From contig JBDRRP010000145.1 of NCBI GenBank assembly GCA_043825735.1, forward strand, positions 62,001 through 84,024: 22,024 nt of DNA. Direction: 5' to 3'. Under the pieces are notes generated by a model, which saw nothing but the letters and a program-made list of their open reading frames with translations, was not told the origin of the DNA and made no database searches. This DNA is from Pseudomonadota bacterium. Its GTDB lineage: Bacteria > Desulfobacterota > Desulfobacteria > Desulfobacterales > JBDRRP01. This document shows positions 1-8,713 of this stretch, piece by piece (the stretch's first letter is position 1; each line of letters opens with the position of its first letter). The position numbers were made by a program, and so were the translations under genes.

Positions 1-142
1 CCCCTTGGACTGATTTCCAGTGTGTTTCTTTTCTCCGGTCTATCCTGTATATCCCTGTTAACGATCGCTGATTGACCGTTGTTTTCTGATGATGATCACG
101 CCGCGGATCACGCGGATGGAAAGCTGGAAAGTTATTGAGGCC

Positions 143-1135
143 ATGTTTGCCGCCACCGACCTGAATGTCTTGCGCCAGTGGCGCGATGCCGGCACCCCGC
201 CGGTGACGCTCACCCTCCGCACCGCACCCGGCGCCCAAAGTGAGGCACTTCTGGCATATGCTGAGTCGCTGGCCACTCACCTGCCCGCGGTCACGATCAA
301 ACGCCGCTCGGCAGACCGGGAGACCGATCCACCGGCGCTGGTGATCACCGAGCGGCTACACTATCTGGCCACGCCGATGGGCCCGGAGCTGGCGCCCTTT
401 CTCAAAGCACTCCTGGACAGCGGCCGCGGGCTGCCTTCGCTGACATCGGAGACGGCCCGGGGCCTTTCTGCCCTGCCCCTGCCCGCCCGGCTGGAAGTGT
501 TCATCACGCCCCAGTGCCCGTTTTGTCCAGTAACCGTCTCGACCCTGCTGCCACTGGCGCTGGCCCCCGGACGCCAGCGGCTGTCGGTCATCGACGGCAC
601 CCTGTTCCCCGATCTGGCCGCCGCCAGAGCCATCCGCACCGCACCCACCGTCATCCTGGACGGAAGCTTCCGGTGGACCGGAAAACCGGGGATCGACGAG
701 ATTGTGGACGTCATGGTCAACCGCGAGCCCTCCCGCCTGAGCCCGGACAGTCTGAGGGGCATCATTGAAGACGGCATGGCCGAAACGGTGGCCCGGATGA
801 TGATCGATCACGGCGGCATCTTCGACAACCTGCTGCCGCTGCTGGCCCATGACAAATGGCCGGTGCGGCTGGGAGCCATGGTGGTGATGGAGTCCTTCCA
901 GACCCTGCGCCCCGATCTGGCGGCAGAAGCCCCCGAGCGCCTCTGGTCCCTGATGGAAACCGCGGCCAATCCGGTCAAAGGTGATCTTCTCCACGTCATC
1001 GGCGAAACCGGCGACTTGCGCCAGGTGGCGCGCCTGGAGGCTCTGCTGGGCGAAGGCCTGCCGCCGGATCTGGCCGAAGCGGCCGCCGATGCGCTGGAAG
1101 CCATCCGCGGGCGGGTACGGCCGGACGGCAGATGA
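143..1135 (+). CDS. Thioredoxin-family protein (AhpF N-terminal/PDO-like, CPFC motif) with helical HEAT-like C-terminal region
   Basis: ORF 89-1135; start uncertain (89, 116 or 143; GAGG precedes ATG 143). HYLATPMGPELAPFLKALL and LEVFITPQCPFCP resemble the two thioredoxin folds of the AhpF N-terminal domain. The C-terminus (LLAHDKWPVRLGAMVVME; VKGDLLHVIGETG; AEAAADALEAI) resembles HEAT repeats. Confidence 0.75.
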   Translation: MFAATDLNVLRQWRDAGTPPVTLTLRTAPGAQSEALLAYAESLATHLPAVTIKRRSADRETDPPALVITERLHYLATPMGPELAPFLKALLDSGRGLPSLTSETARGLSALPLPARLEVFITPQCPFCPVTVSTLLPLALAPGRQRLSVIDGTLFPDLAAARAIRTAPTVILDGSFRWTGKPGIDEIVDVMVNREPSRLSPDSLRGIIEDGMAETVARMMIDHGGIFDNLLPLLAHDKWPVRLGAMVVMESFQTLRPDLAAEAPERLWSLMETAANPVKGDLLHVIGETGDLRQVARLEALLGEGLPPDLAEAAADALEAIRGRVRPDGR

Positions 1136-1156
1136 CAGAGGTCAGATGACAGAGGA

Positions 1157-1192
1157 CCCGCCTTCGCTAAAAAGCATGCTACGGCGGGCAGG
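1157..1192. repeat. REP-like palindromic intergenic element
   Basis: CCCGCCTTCGCTAAAAAGCATGCTACGGCGGGCAGG: CCCGCC/GGCGGG stem just downstream of the stop codon. Confidence 0.45.
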
Positions 1193-1374
1193 CAGAGGAA
1201 GAGAAACACCAAAAATCAAAATCAACTGCGAGTTATCCACAGATTTCACAGATTAACACAGATTAAAACCAAGGGGCTTCGGCCTGCGGCCGGACTGCAA
1301 CAGCAACTGCCAATTGACCGCAGACGAACGCAGACAGACGCAGACAGTTGAGAGCGGCCTTCGGCCGGTCAGTC

Positions 1375-1470
1375 CGATCCTAACGATCCAAACGATCCAA
1401 ACGATCCAAACGATCCAAACGATCCAAACGATCCAAACGATCCTAACGATCCTAACGATCCTAACGATCC
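1375..1470 (+). repeat. 9-bp tandem repeat CGATCC(A/T)AA, 10 full units plus a partial unit
   Basis: Read directly: 1x CGATCCTAA, 6x CGATCCAAA, 3x CGATCCTAA, then CGATCC. Lies between convergent genes. Confidence 0.97.
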
Positions 1471-1494
1471 GCCGGCGCCAACCACGGGAGGGGC

Positions 1495-3030
1495 CTACAT
1501 GGTCCTGGCCAGCGCGAACAGCGGCGCGTGATTGGAGGTGAAAAACGGCGGGGCCCGGCGAAGGATGGCGGCGATGGCCGGATCTTTTCGAAACACCCCG
1601 TCCACAAAGCGGCGCACATTGCGCCGGTGCCAGCCCAGGGGGTGGACGAAATCGCGGTAGCAGCCCAGATCGGCGGCGGAAAAGGGCCGCGTTTCAAGGG
1701 TGACGGCGTCCGGGCTGCCTGCGGGCAGGTTGAAAACCGCCACGTTGAGATAGTCAACGGACGCCGCGTGCGCGCGAACAAATGCCAGCGTGCGCCTGGC
1801 GGCGGTTTCGTCTTCGCTGGGCGTTCCGAAAAGAACGTACACATAGGTGGCGATGCCGGCCCGATGAAGGGTGGTGAGCACCCGCGATGCCGTTTCCAGC
1901 CGGAGCCCCTTGTCCATGGCGTCCAGAACGCCCTGGTCTCCGGATTCCAGTCCCAGTTTGAGCATGACGCAGCCGCTGCGGCGCAGGGCCGCCGCGGTGT
2001 CCGGCTCGGCCAGGCGCTGGTCAAACCGGACGAAACCGTACCAGGGCGCTCCCGGCGGGTCGAGGCAAAGGCGCTCCAGCAGCGCCGGCCGCAGCGCATT
2101 GTCTACCAGGTGAATCAAGGCCGGCCGGTGACGTTGAACCAGCGCGGCAAGCTCGCTGACCGCAATGCCCAGGGGGGCGGGACGCCACAAAGACGCCTCG
2201 GCCCGCTCCGGGCAAAAACGGCATCGCCGCCAGAAGCACCCGTCGGCCGTGCTGTAGGGTACGATGGGGCCCGGACTGAAATACCGCCCGGGGAGAAAGT
2301 CGCTGTAGTCCGGAAGCACTGCGGCCGCCGGATCGACTCCGGCCAGATTCAGCAGGAACGCCTCGCCCGGCCCGGCCACAAGATCGTCCACCAGACCGGT
2401 AAAATCCGGTGCGCCGCTGCCGGCCCGAAGCCAGGACGTCACCAGTCCTCCTCCCAGAATGATGCGCACTGCCGGCAACCGACGGCGCAGGGCGCCGATG
2501 AGATGAAACGCGCTGAGGGCCTGGGACTGAAATCCCACCGAAATGCCGACGATGTCAGGACTGCGGTGGATGCATTCCGCATCGATGAGCGCCTCGAAAT
2601 AACCGGCAAATGGGCTGGCCTCAGGCTGCTCCGCGGCGCGGCACAAATCGGCGGAGTGAAACGGCTGCAGGACCGGGTCTGAATAGTTGCTCAACCCGGC
2701 AAACGCGCCGGTGGCCGATGGGGCCGCTGTCATGAGCCGGTTGAGCGCCGTCACGGCCTGCCTGTAGGCGGCTGCGCCCCGATATCCCGCCCAGGAGCTG
2801 ACCAGCGCCAGGTTCCGCTCGCGGTGCCGCAGGGCACGGCGGGTAAATGTATCGTCGGGCACCTCAGAACGGGCGAGCAGCCACCGTTGCCCGTCCAGAT
2901 TGGCGTCCACCACACGGCAGGAAACACCGCTGCCCCGGAGCACGCCGGCCAGCCGGGCAACCCCCGGCGGCGGCTCGCAGGCCTTGACCGCCGGCGGGCT
3001 GATCAGCAACACGTGGGGGAGATGTTTCAT
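1495..3030 (-). CDS. B12-binding domain radical SAM protein
   Basis: CxxxCxxC motif (CFWRRCRFC). N-terminal LLISPP..PPPGVARLAG, PDIVGIS and IILGGG segments are typical of cobalamin-binding radical SAM proteins; GLESGD and LFGTPSE are TIM-barrel motifs. Start placed at MKHLPH (3030); the track start at 3057 lies in repeats. Confidence 0.88.
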   Translation of the reverse strand: MKHLPHVLLISPPAVKACEPPPGVARLAGVLRGSGVSCRVVDANLDGQRWLLARSEVPDDTFTRRALRHRERNLALVSSWAGYRGAAAYRQAVTALNRLMTAAPSATGAFAGLSNYSDPVLQPFHSADLCRAAEQPEASPFAGYFEALIDAECIHRSPDIVGISVGFQSQALSAFHLIGALRRRLPAVRIILGGGLVTSWLRAGSGAPDFTGLVDDLVAGPGEAFLLNLAGVDPAAAVLPDYSDFLPGRYFSPGPIVPYSTADGCFWRRCRFCPERAEASLWRPAPLGIAVSELAALVQRHRPALIHLVDNALRPALLERLCLDPPGAPWYGFVRFDQRLAEPDTAAALRRSGCVMLKLGLESGDQGVLDAMDKGLRLETASRVLTTLHRAGIATYVYVLFGTPSEDETAARRTLAFVRAHAASVDYLNVAVFNLPAGSPDAVTLETRPFSAADLGCYRDFVHPLGWHRRNVRRFVDGVFRKDPAIAAILRRAPPFFTSNHAPLFALARTM

Positions 3031-3054
3031 TTGGAATTTGTGATTTCCTGTTTC

Positions 3055-3079
3055 CAATCAACAATCGACAATCAACAAT
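3055..3079 (+). repeat. 7-bp tandem repeat CAATC(A/G)A, about 3.5 units
   Basis: CAATCAA CAATCGA CAATCAA CAAT read directly. Confidence 0.8.
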
Positions 3080-3137
3080 GCCTAGCCCCACTGGCTCATA
3101 CTCCAGCGTGTGCCGGAGTGAAAGCGTTTTCGCCGTT

Positions 3138-3391
3138 TGAGGATTGAGAACGTGCGAGTACGCCGCCCAGGGCCAAAAGATGCCGTTTCTGGATGGGCAC
3201 AGTGCCCATGCAGAAATGGTAGATTTTGGTTCTGGGCAAGGCTCGAGCAAGTTCTCAACCGGAGGAATAGCGGAGCTATTTGTCTTAGAAACCCGGTGCT
3301 TCGCACCGGGTTCCAGACGAACAGCCTGAGGATTGAGAACGTGCGAGTACGCCGCCCAGGGCCAAAAGATGCCGTTTCTGGATGGGCACTA
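3138..3391. mobile_element. MITE-like element (3201-3391) preceded by a duplicate of its right arm
   Basis: Identical 63-bp direct repeats at 3138-3200 and 3327-3389. 3201-3260 is an imperfect reverse complement of that repeat (AGTGCCCATGCAGAAATGG... versus ...CCGTTTCTGGATGGGCACTA). Internal hairpin AACCCGGTGC-TTC-GCACCGGGTT. No transposase. Confidence 0.65.
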
Positions 3392-3498
3392 TTTACATTA
3401 CCGCGGCCACTGGTATAGAACACAACCGCAGCCGGGAACGGCCCGGCGTCGCGCGCCGCCCTTCAACCCTGACAACTCGCGCACACCCTAAAAACATA

Positions 3499-4440
3499 AT
3501 GAAACACGCCTCACCGGTCATGCTCGCCGTGCTCATTGCCGCCGGCGCCGCACTGTTGCTCACCACACCGGTGGACTATTCCTGGACTGTCTACCTGGCC
3601 ACGCACAAGGTAGAAAGCTTTGCCGAATACATGGGGCAATCAATTTTCGAAGGCGAGCTTCCCGGCGGCGGGGATCCGGTCATCTGCTACCTCATTGCCG
3701 TGGTGGGGTTTTACTATGCCACCCTTCGGGCCAAGAGCGGCTCCCGATTGTACCTGCTCAGGCCTGCCGCCGGTTTTCTGGTGGTCGCCAGCCTGACGAG
3801 CGCCATATTCACCGTCCACAGCCTGAAATGGATCGTGGGCCGGGCCCGACCGGGCGAGGTCTTCTCCGGGCACCTGCCGTTTTCCCCCTGGTTTGCCCTG
3901 GGCCCGCAACTCATGAGCCAGGGGATCTTTGGCGGTAGTTTTCCCAGCGGCCACACGGCCCTGGCTTTTACGCCCTTTGCCCTGGTCTACGTTTTAGCGA
4001 GGCGATGGTCAGCGGGCCGAAACGCCCTTCTGCCCGTCACTGTCGGTGCCCTTGTCATGCTTTATACAGCGGCCATGGGCACGGCCCGGTGCATGACCAG
4101 CAGCCACTGGGTCAGTGACGTGGCGGGCTCCGTGGCGCTGTCCATGGCGGCCATGTACCTGATCTATTTCAAGCTGCTGCAGGTGCCGGCACAGGAGGCC
4201 GCTGCGGGCCGTGGCGAAAGCGAGCGGCCGCTTCCCATCGGATGGGAGCTTCGCCTGGCCTTTTCTATGAGCCTGTTCTGTGCCGGCGCGGTGGCGGCCC
4301 TGTGCGGGCTGCGCATCATCTGGCGCCAGGGGCTCGATGGATGGAGTCTCATGGTGCCTGTTGGCGCCGTTCTTTTGTGGATAGGCGTCCGGCAAATTAT
4401 TTGCCGATGCCGCCAGGTGCAGCGCCTGGTGACACCATAA
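3499..4440 (+). CDS. PAP2 superfamily membrane phosphatase
   Basis: C1 KWIVGRARP, C2 SFPSGH, C3 ARCMTSSHWVSD; several hydrophobic helices. Start placed at MKHASP (3499) because the track start at 3382 lies inside the MITE. Confidence 0.88.
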   Translation: MKHASPVMLAVLIAAGAALLLTTPVDYSWTVYLATHKVESFAEYMGQSIFEGELPGGGDPVICYLIAVVGFYYATLRAKSGSRLYLLRPAAGFLVVASLTSAIFTVHSLKWIVGRARPGEVFSGHLPFSPWFALGPQLMSQGIFGGSFPSGHTALAFTPFALVYVLARRWSAGRNALLPVTVGALVMLYTAAMGTARCMTSSHWVSDVAGSVALSMAAMYLIYFKLLQVPAQEAAAGRGESERPLPIGWELRLAFSMSLFCAGAVAALCGLRIIWRQGLDGWSLMVPVGAVLLWIGVRQIICRCRQVQRLVTP

Positions 4441-4443
4441 CCC

Positions 4444-5625
4444 GTGATCACAAATGACATGACTGAACCGCGCCCCCGAAATATGCCTTCAGCCCCTTCC
4501 CTGCCAATGAGCGGAAGCCAATGCCGCCGTCGCGGAATGGGGGTCATCACAGCGACCATCGGTGTCCTTGTGATCATCACGGCGGCCGGTGTCTGGACGG
4601 GTGTGGATCTGCGGGTGGCGGGGTCATTTTTCCGTCCCGGCGACGGGTGGTTTCTGGCCGCCAAAGAGCCCTGGCTCTGGCTCTACCGCTACGGCACGAT
4701 CCCGGGCATCGTTCTCAGCGTCGGGGCGCTGATCGTCTGGGGGATGTCATTTGTGCGCGCGCGTTTCGCCCCGTGGCGATCCATTTCCCTGCTCATCGTG
4801 CTCACATCGGTAATCGGCGCCGGGCTTCTGGTCAATACGGTCCTCAAACCCTACTGGGGAAGGCCGCGGCCCGACCAGATCGTGGCTTTCGGCGGACTGT
4901 GGGAATACCGCCACGTGCATCAGCCGGGCACCCCTGGAAAAGGGGAGTCGTTTCCATGCGGCCATTGCACCATGGGTTTTGTTTTTGTAGCGGTGTTTTT
5001 TGCCTATCGCCGATCGCCCCGGCTGGCTCTGGCCGGCGGTGCCGCCGGCATTGTCCTGGGGGGGCTGCTCAGCGCAGCCCGCATTGTCCAGGGGGCGCAC
5101 TTTTTTCTGGACACCGTGTGGTCACTGGGCATTATCCTGCTGACAGCCCAGGTGCTGTATTACCTGGTGCTTCAGATACCGGCCGAAGAAGGCAACGCCG
5201 CCCGATCCGCGCCCCTGAGCCCTCGCCGACGGCGGTGGATGATTGCCGGGATCGCCGTAGCGGTGGTGCTCATGGGCACGGCCTTCGCCACGCGCCGCCC
5301 GTTTTACCGAACATTCACCGACCAGTTTGAGGTGCCGCCGGACGGGGTCGTCGTCGTTCGGCTCAACGCAGAGCCCAGCCGGTTCACGGTCAATTATGAG
5401 GGGACGCGCAAGGGACAGGTCCGCATCGATTCCCGGGGCTTCGGGTGGGCAGGTTTTGATTTTGCCATCATCCCGGCCCACCGACACACAGGCAATACGA
5501 CGACTCTGGGTTATGACATCCGGGTGGACAGCTATTTTTCAGAGCTGCGCCATGCCGTGGAGGTCACGCTGCCCGCCACGCTCAAAGACGCGGTCTCGGT
5601 TCGGCTGGCAATCACAGGCGAATAA
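4444..5625 (+). CDS. PAP2 superfamily membrane phosphatase with extra C-terminal TM helix and soluble domain
   Basis: C1 KPYWGRPRP, C2 SFPCGH, C3 ARIVQGAHFFLD. Exact start uncertain (several Met codons between 4444 and about 4540). Confidence 0.88.
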   Translation: MITNDMTEPRPRNMPSAPSLPMSGSQCRRRGMGVITATIGVLVIITAAGVWTGVDLRVAGSFFRPGDGWFLAAKEPWLWLYRYGTIPGIVLSVGALIVWGMSFVRARFAPWRSISLLIVLTSVIGAGLLVNTVLKPYWGRPRPDQIVAFGGLWEYRHVHQPGTPGKGESFPCGHCTMGFVFVAVFFAYRRSPRLALAGGAAGIVLGGLLSAARIVQGAHFFLDTVWSLGIILLTAQVLYYLVLQIPAEEGNAARSAPLSPRRRRWMIAGIAVAVVLMGTAFATRRPFYRTFTDQFEVPPDGVVVVRLNAEPSRFTVNYEGTRKGQVRIDSRGFGWAGFDFAIIPAHRHTGNTTTLGYDIRVDSYFSELRHAVEVTLPATLKDAVSVRLAITGE

Positions 5626-5688
5626 ACGACTACCGGCAAAGCAGGCGGCGTCGACATTCAAGCACCGCCGGGTATTGGTCCACCGACC

Positions 5689-6210
5689 TCAACCATTTTC
5701 ATTATCACCGGAAACGATGATCCGCAGCACCTCTCCGTGGCAATAGGCATTGATGCGATGCCTTCCGGGAACTGGCGGCAGAGGGAAATTTCGTTGAAAC
5801 CGCCGGCCGCTCTGCCCAAAAGCCGCTTCGATAGGCGCGGGCACGGCCTGCTCGCCGGTCACTGTGAGGATGTTGTCACGCACGCCGATGTATACACTCT
5901 CGCGCACCAATCGCGGCAGCCGCAATTCAATGAGCAGACCGGACGGCACTTGGGTGACCTCTATTTTTGGCGCAGCGACCTGCTCCGGCTGCCGGTCCCT
6001 GACCCAGTCCACACGGCTTGCGGCCAGCCAGGGCGTGGCCGGATTTTCGGGAAGCGGCACGTCGTGATCAAGGGCATTCCAGCCCAAAACAGTCATGTTG
6101 TCATAAGCGGCCATGTCACGGTGGATGAAAGCCGTGTCAAACAGTTCATCGATGCGCTCGTCGATGCGCCCTTTTTGAGTCATCAGGCGCCAGTTTAAAG
6201 TGGTTCTCAT
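5689..6210 (-). CDS. Hsp20/alpha-crystallin-domain small heat-shock protein (divergent)
   Basis: PKIEV..LLIELRLP..DNILTVTGE..FQRNFPLP..AYCHGEVLRI follows the alpha-crystallin pattern; N-terminal IDELFD. GAGG lies 6 nt before ATG 6210. Confidence 0.75.
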   Translation of the reverse strand: MRTTLNWRLMTQKGRIDERIDELFDTAFIHRDMAAYDNMTVLGWNALDHDVPLPENPATPWLAASRVDWVRDRQPEQVAAPKIEVTQVPSGLLIELRLPRLVRESVYIGVRDNILTVTGEQAVPAPIEAAFGQSGRRFQRNFPLPPVPGRHRINAYCHGEVLRIIVSGDNENG

Positions 6211-6337
6211 CGGAAGCCTCACTTTCTACCCGTGTCCTTCAGGGACACGTTTTATGACATCTGCCGGGCAAAGACCCCGGTATTGGGTCACCATCCGTCA
6301 AAATTCTGCCCGTACGGGCGTGTCGATGACACAATTA

Positions 6338-6353
6338 AGCAATCTGCATGCCA
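6338..6353 (-). promoter_or_regulatory. Sigma-54 (-24/-12) promoter upstream of Hsp20
   Basis: Minus strand TGGCATGCAGATTGCT has exact GG-N10-GC spacing and closely matches TGGCAC-N5-TTGCW; about 130 bp upstream of the Hsp20 start and correctly oriented. Confidence 0.65.
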
Positions 6354-6812
6354 CCTTTGCAGCATCGAAGGCCATATCGGCCCCTGACCCCGTTCGGGCG
6401 CCACATGAAAGGGTCGTGGAACTTGCGTCGGGCTTACATTTTTTTTGCATGAGGATGCGGCGCCGTAATTGACGAACACCGGCTGTTTTTATGCCGCAAC
6501 GGCTTCGCCATCGGGGTCAAATGCACCGATCCGGCCGACATTTAAACATTCAATTGAGTCGCCTGCCCACATGTGGTAGAAATCTGGCGTATCGACCACA
6601 ACCCAGTGTGCCATAATGGAAAGATGATCAAATCCAGTGGCATAGACGCGAAACGTAAAAAATCGTGCGCGCCGCGGTTCGATGATGCATATTTCGTTTG
6701 TAGTTTTTGGGCTTTCGTGGTTTCCGTGCCCTCGGCCCGGCCAACGCCCCGCTGACATGGCGTCAATGCCCCATACCGCCAAGCCCGGAAATACCGGCAG
6801 GATGCGACAAGC

Positions 6813-8696
6813 ATGAACTTGAACAACTACACGGCAGAATCCATCGAGGTGCTCAACGGACTGGAACCGGTCCGTCGCCGCCCCGGCATGTACACCGATA
6901 CCACTCGGCCCAATCACCTGGCCCAGGAAGTTATCGACAACAGCGTGGACGAAGCCATTTCCGGCTACGCCAACCGCATCGATGTCACCCTTTTCGAGGA
7001 CGACTCCCTCCTGGTGGTGGATAATGGCCGCGGGATGCCTGTAGATATCCACCCCGAGGAGGGCATCACCGGGGTGGAACTGATCATGACCCGGCTCCAT
7101 GCCGGCGCCAAGTTCTCGGACAAGAATTACCGCTTCTCCGGCGGGCTTCACGGCGTTGGGGTTTCGGTGGTCAACGCCCTGTCCAGACGACTGGAAGTGG
7201 AGATCCGGCGCGACGGGAAAAAACACCGCATCACCTTCGCCGGCGGCGACATCGACACCCCGCTGGAAGAAATCGGCACCGTGGGGGTTCGCAATACCGG
7301 CACCAGCATCCGCTTCTGGCCGGATCCCAAATATTTTGACATGGAACGGTTCTCTCTGCGGCGCCTGAAACACAACCTCAGAGCCAAGGCTGTCCTGTGT
7401 CCGGGACTCACCATCCGTTTCACCGATGCGCGCACCGGTGAAAGCCAGGAGTGGCTCTATGCGGACGGCCTTGCCGAATACCTGACCGGCGAGTTGGCCG
7501 ATCATCCCCTGCTCCCGGATCCGCCCTTTACCGGCAACGTGGAGGAACCCGGCGAATCGGTGGCCTGGGCGGTCACCTGGCTGCCCGATTCGGGCGAAGT
7601 CGTGGGCGAGAGCTACGTCAACCTGATCCCCACCCCCCAGGGCGGCACCCACGTCAACGGGTTTCGCACCGGACTGCTGCTCTCGCTGCGGGAATTTTGC
7701 GATTTTCGCAAACTGCTGCCCCGCGGCGTGAAACTGACCCCTGACGATCTGTGGGACCGGTGCACCTACGTGCTATCCGTCAAGATGCAGGACCCCCAGT
7801 TCGCCGGCCAGACCAAGGAGCGCCTGGGCAACCGTCAGACCGCCGGCATCGTATCCGGGGTCATCAAGGATGCCTTCAGTCTCTGGCTCAACCAGCACAC
7901 CGAAGTCGGCGAGAAGCTGGCCGAAATAGCCATTCAAAACGCCCAGAAACGGCTGCGCTCAGGAAAGGTGGTGGCCCGGAAGAAAGTCACGTCAGGCCCT
8001 GCGCTGCCCGGAAAACTGGCCGACTGCGTGCTCCAGGACCCCATGCAGACCGAGCTTTTTCTCGTGGAAGGCGACAGTGCCGGCGGCTCGGCCAAACAGG
8101 CCCGGGACCGGCAGTTCCAGGCGGTGATGCCGCTGCGGGGAAAAATCCTCAACACCTGGGAGGTGGACTCGGCCGAGGTGCTGGCCTCAAAGGAAATCCA
8201 CGACATCTCCGTGGCCATCGGCGTGGACCCCGGTGTGGCCAACCTGGAGGGTCTTCGCTACGGCAAGGTCTGCATCCTGGCCGACGCCGACTCCGACGGG
8301 CTGCACATCGCCACGTTGCTGTGCGCCTTGTTTCTCCAGCACTTTGCCCCACTGGTGGCGGCCGGTCACGTCTGCGTGGCCATGCCGCCGCTCTTTCGCA
8401 TCGATGTGGGAAAAGAAACCCACTACGCGCTGGATGAACGCGAAAAGCAGGATCTTTTGGAGCGCATCGCCGCCAAGAACCCCAGAAGCGCCGTCAACGT
8501 GATCCGCTTCAAAGGCCTGGGCGAGATGAACCCGGTGCAGCTCAGGGAAACCACCATGGCTCCGGACACCCGGCGCCTGGTGCGCCTGACCATGGTCGAT
8601 CCCGAGCGCCCCATGGCCGTCATGGACATGCTGTTGGCCAAAAAGCGCGCGGGCGACCGCCGCACCTGGCTGGAAACCTACGGCAGCATGATCTGA
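6813..8696 (+). CDS. parE: DNA topoisomerase IV subunit B
   Basis: GLEPVRRRPGMYTDTTRPNHLAQEVIDNSVDEA, GGLHGVGVSVVNALS, EGDSAGG, PLRGKILNTWE, DADSDG, RFKGLGEM; 627 aa with no GyrB insert. Confidence 0.97.
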   Translation: MNLNNYTAESIEVLNGLEPVRRRPGMYTDTTRPNHLAQEVIDNSVDEAISGYANRIDVTLFEDDSLLVVDNGRGMPVDIHPEEGITGVELIMTRLHAGAKFSDKNYRFSGGLHGVGVSVVNALSRRLEVEIRRDGKKHRITFAGGDIDTPLEEIGTVGVRNTGTSIRFWPDPKYFDMERFSLRRLKHNLRAKAVLCPGLTIRFTDARTGESQEWLYADGLAEYLTGELADHPLLPDPPFTGNVEEPGESVAWAVTWLPDSGEVVGESYVNLIPTPQGGTHVNGFRTGLLLSLREFCDFRKLLPRGVKLTPDDLWDRCTYVLSVKMQDPQFAGQTKERLGNRQTAGIVSGVIKDAFSLWLNQHTEVGEKLAEIAIQNAQKRLRSGKVVARKKVTSGPALPGKLADCVLQDPMQTELFLVEGDSAGGSAKQARDRQFQAVMPLRGKILNTWEVDSAEVLASKEIHDISVAIGVDPGVANLEGLRYGKVCILADADSDGLHIATLLCALFLQHFAPLVAAGHVCVAMPPLFRIDVGKETHYALDEREKQDLLERIAAKNPRSAVNVIRFKGLGEMNPVQLRETTMAPDTRRLVRLTMVDPERPMAVMDMLLAKKRAGDRRTWLETYGSMI

Positions 8697-8713
8697 GATA
8701 TGAACAGCAGGGG

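Noticed and set aside
1314..1541. ORF encoding (TIQ)n/(TIL)n
   Set aside because: It is the translation of the 9-bp VNTR, has no RBS and overlaps the radical SAM 3' end.
1528..2682. 384-aa plus-strand ORF (likewise 6489-7652 and 9088-10026 on the minus strand)
   Set aside because: These overlap well-supported genes (radical SAM, parE, parC) on the opposite strand and are typical high-GC shadow frames.
3138..3389. Possible CRISPR array from the 63-bp direct repeats
   Set aside because: Only two copies, too long for CRISPR repeats, the intervening DNA contains an inverted copy of the repeat, and there are no cas genes.
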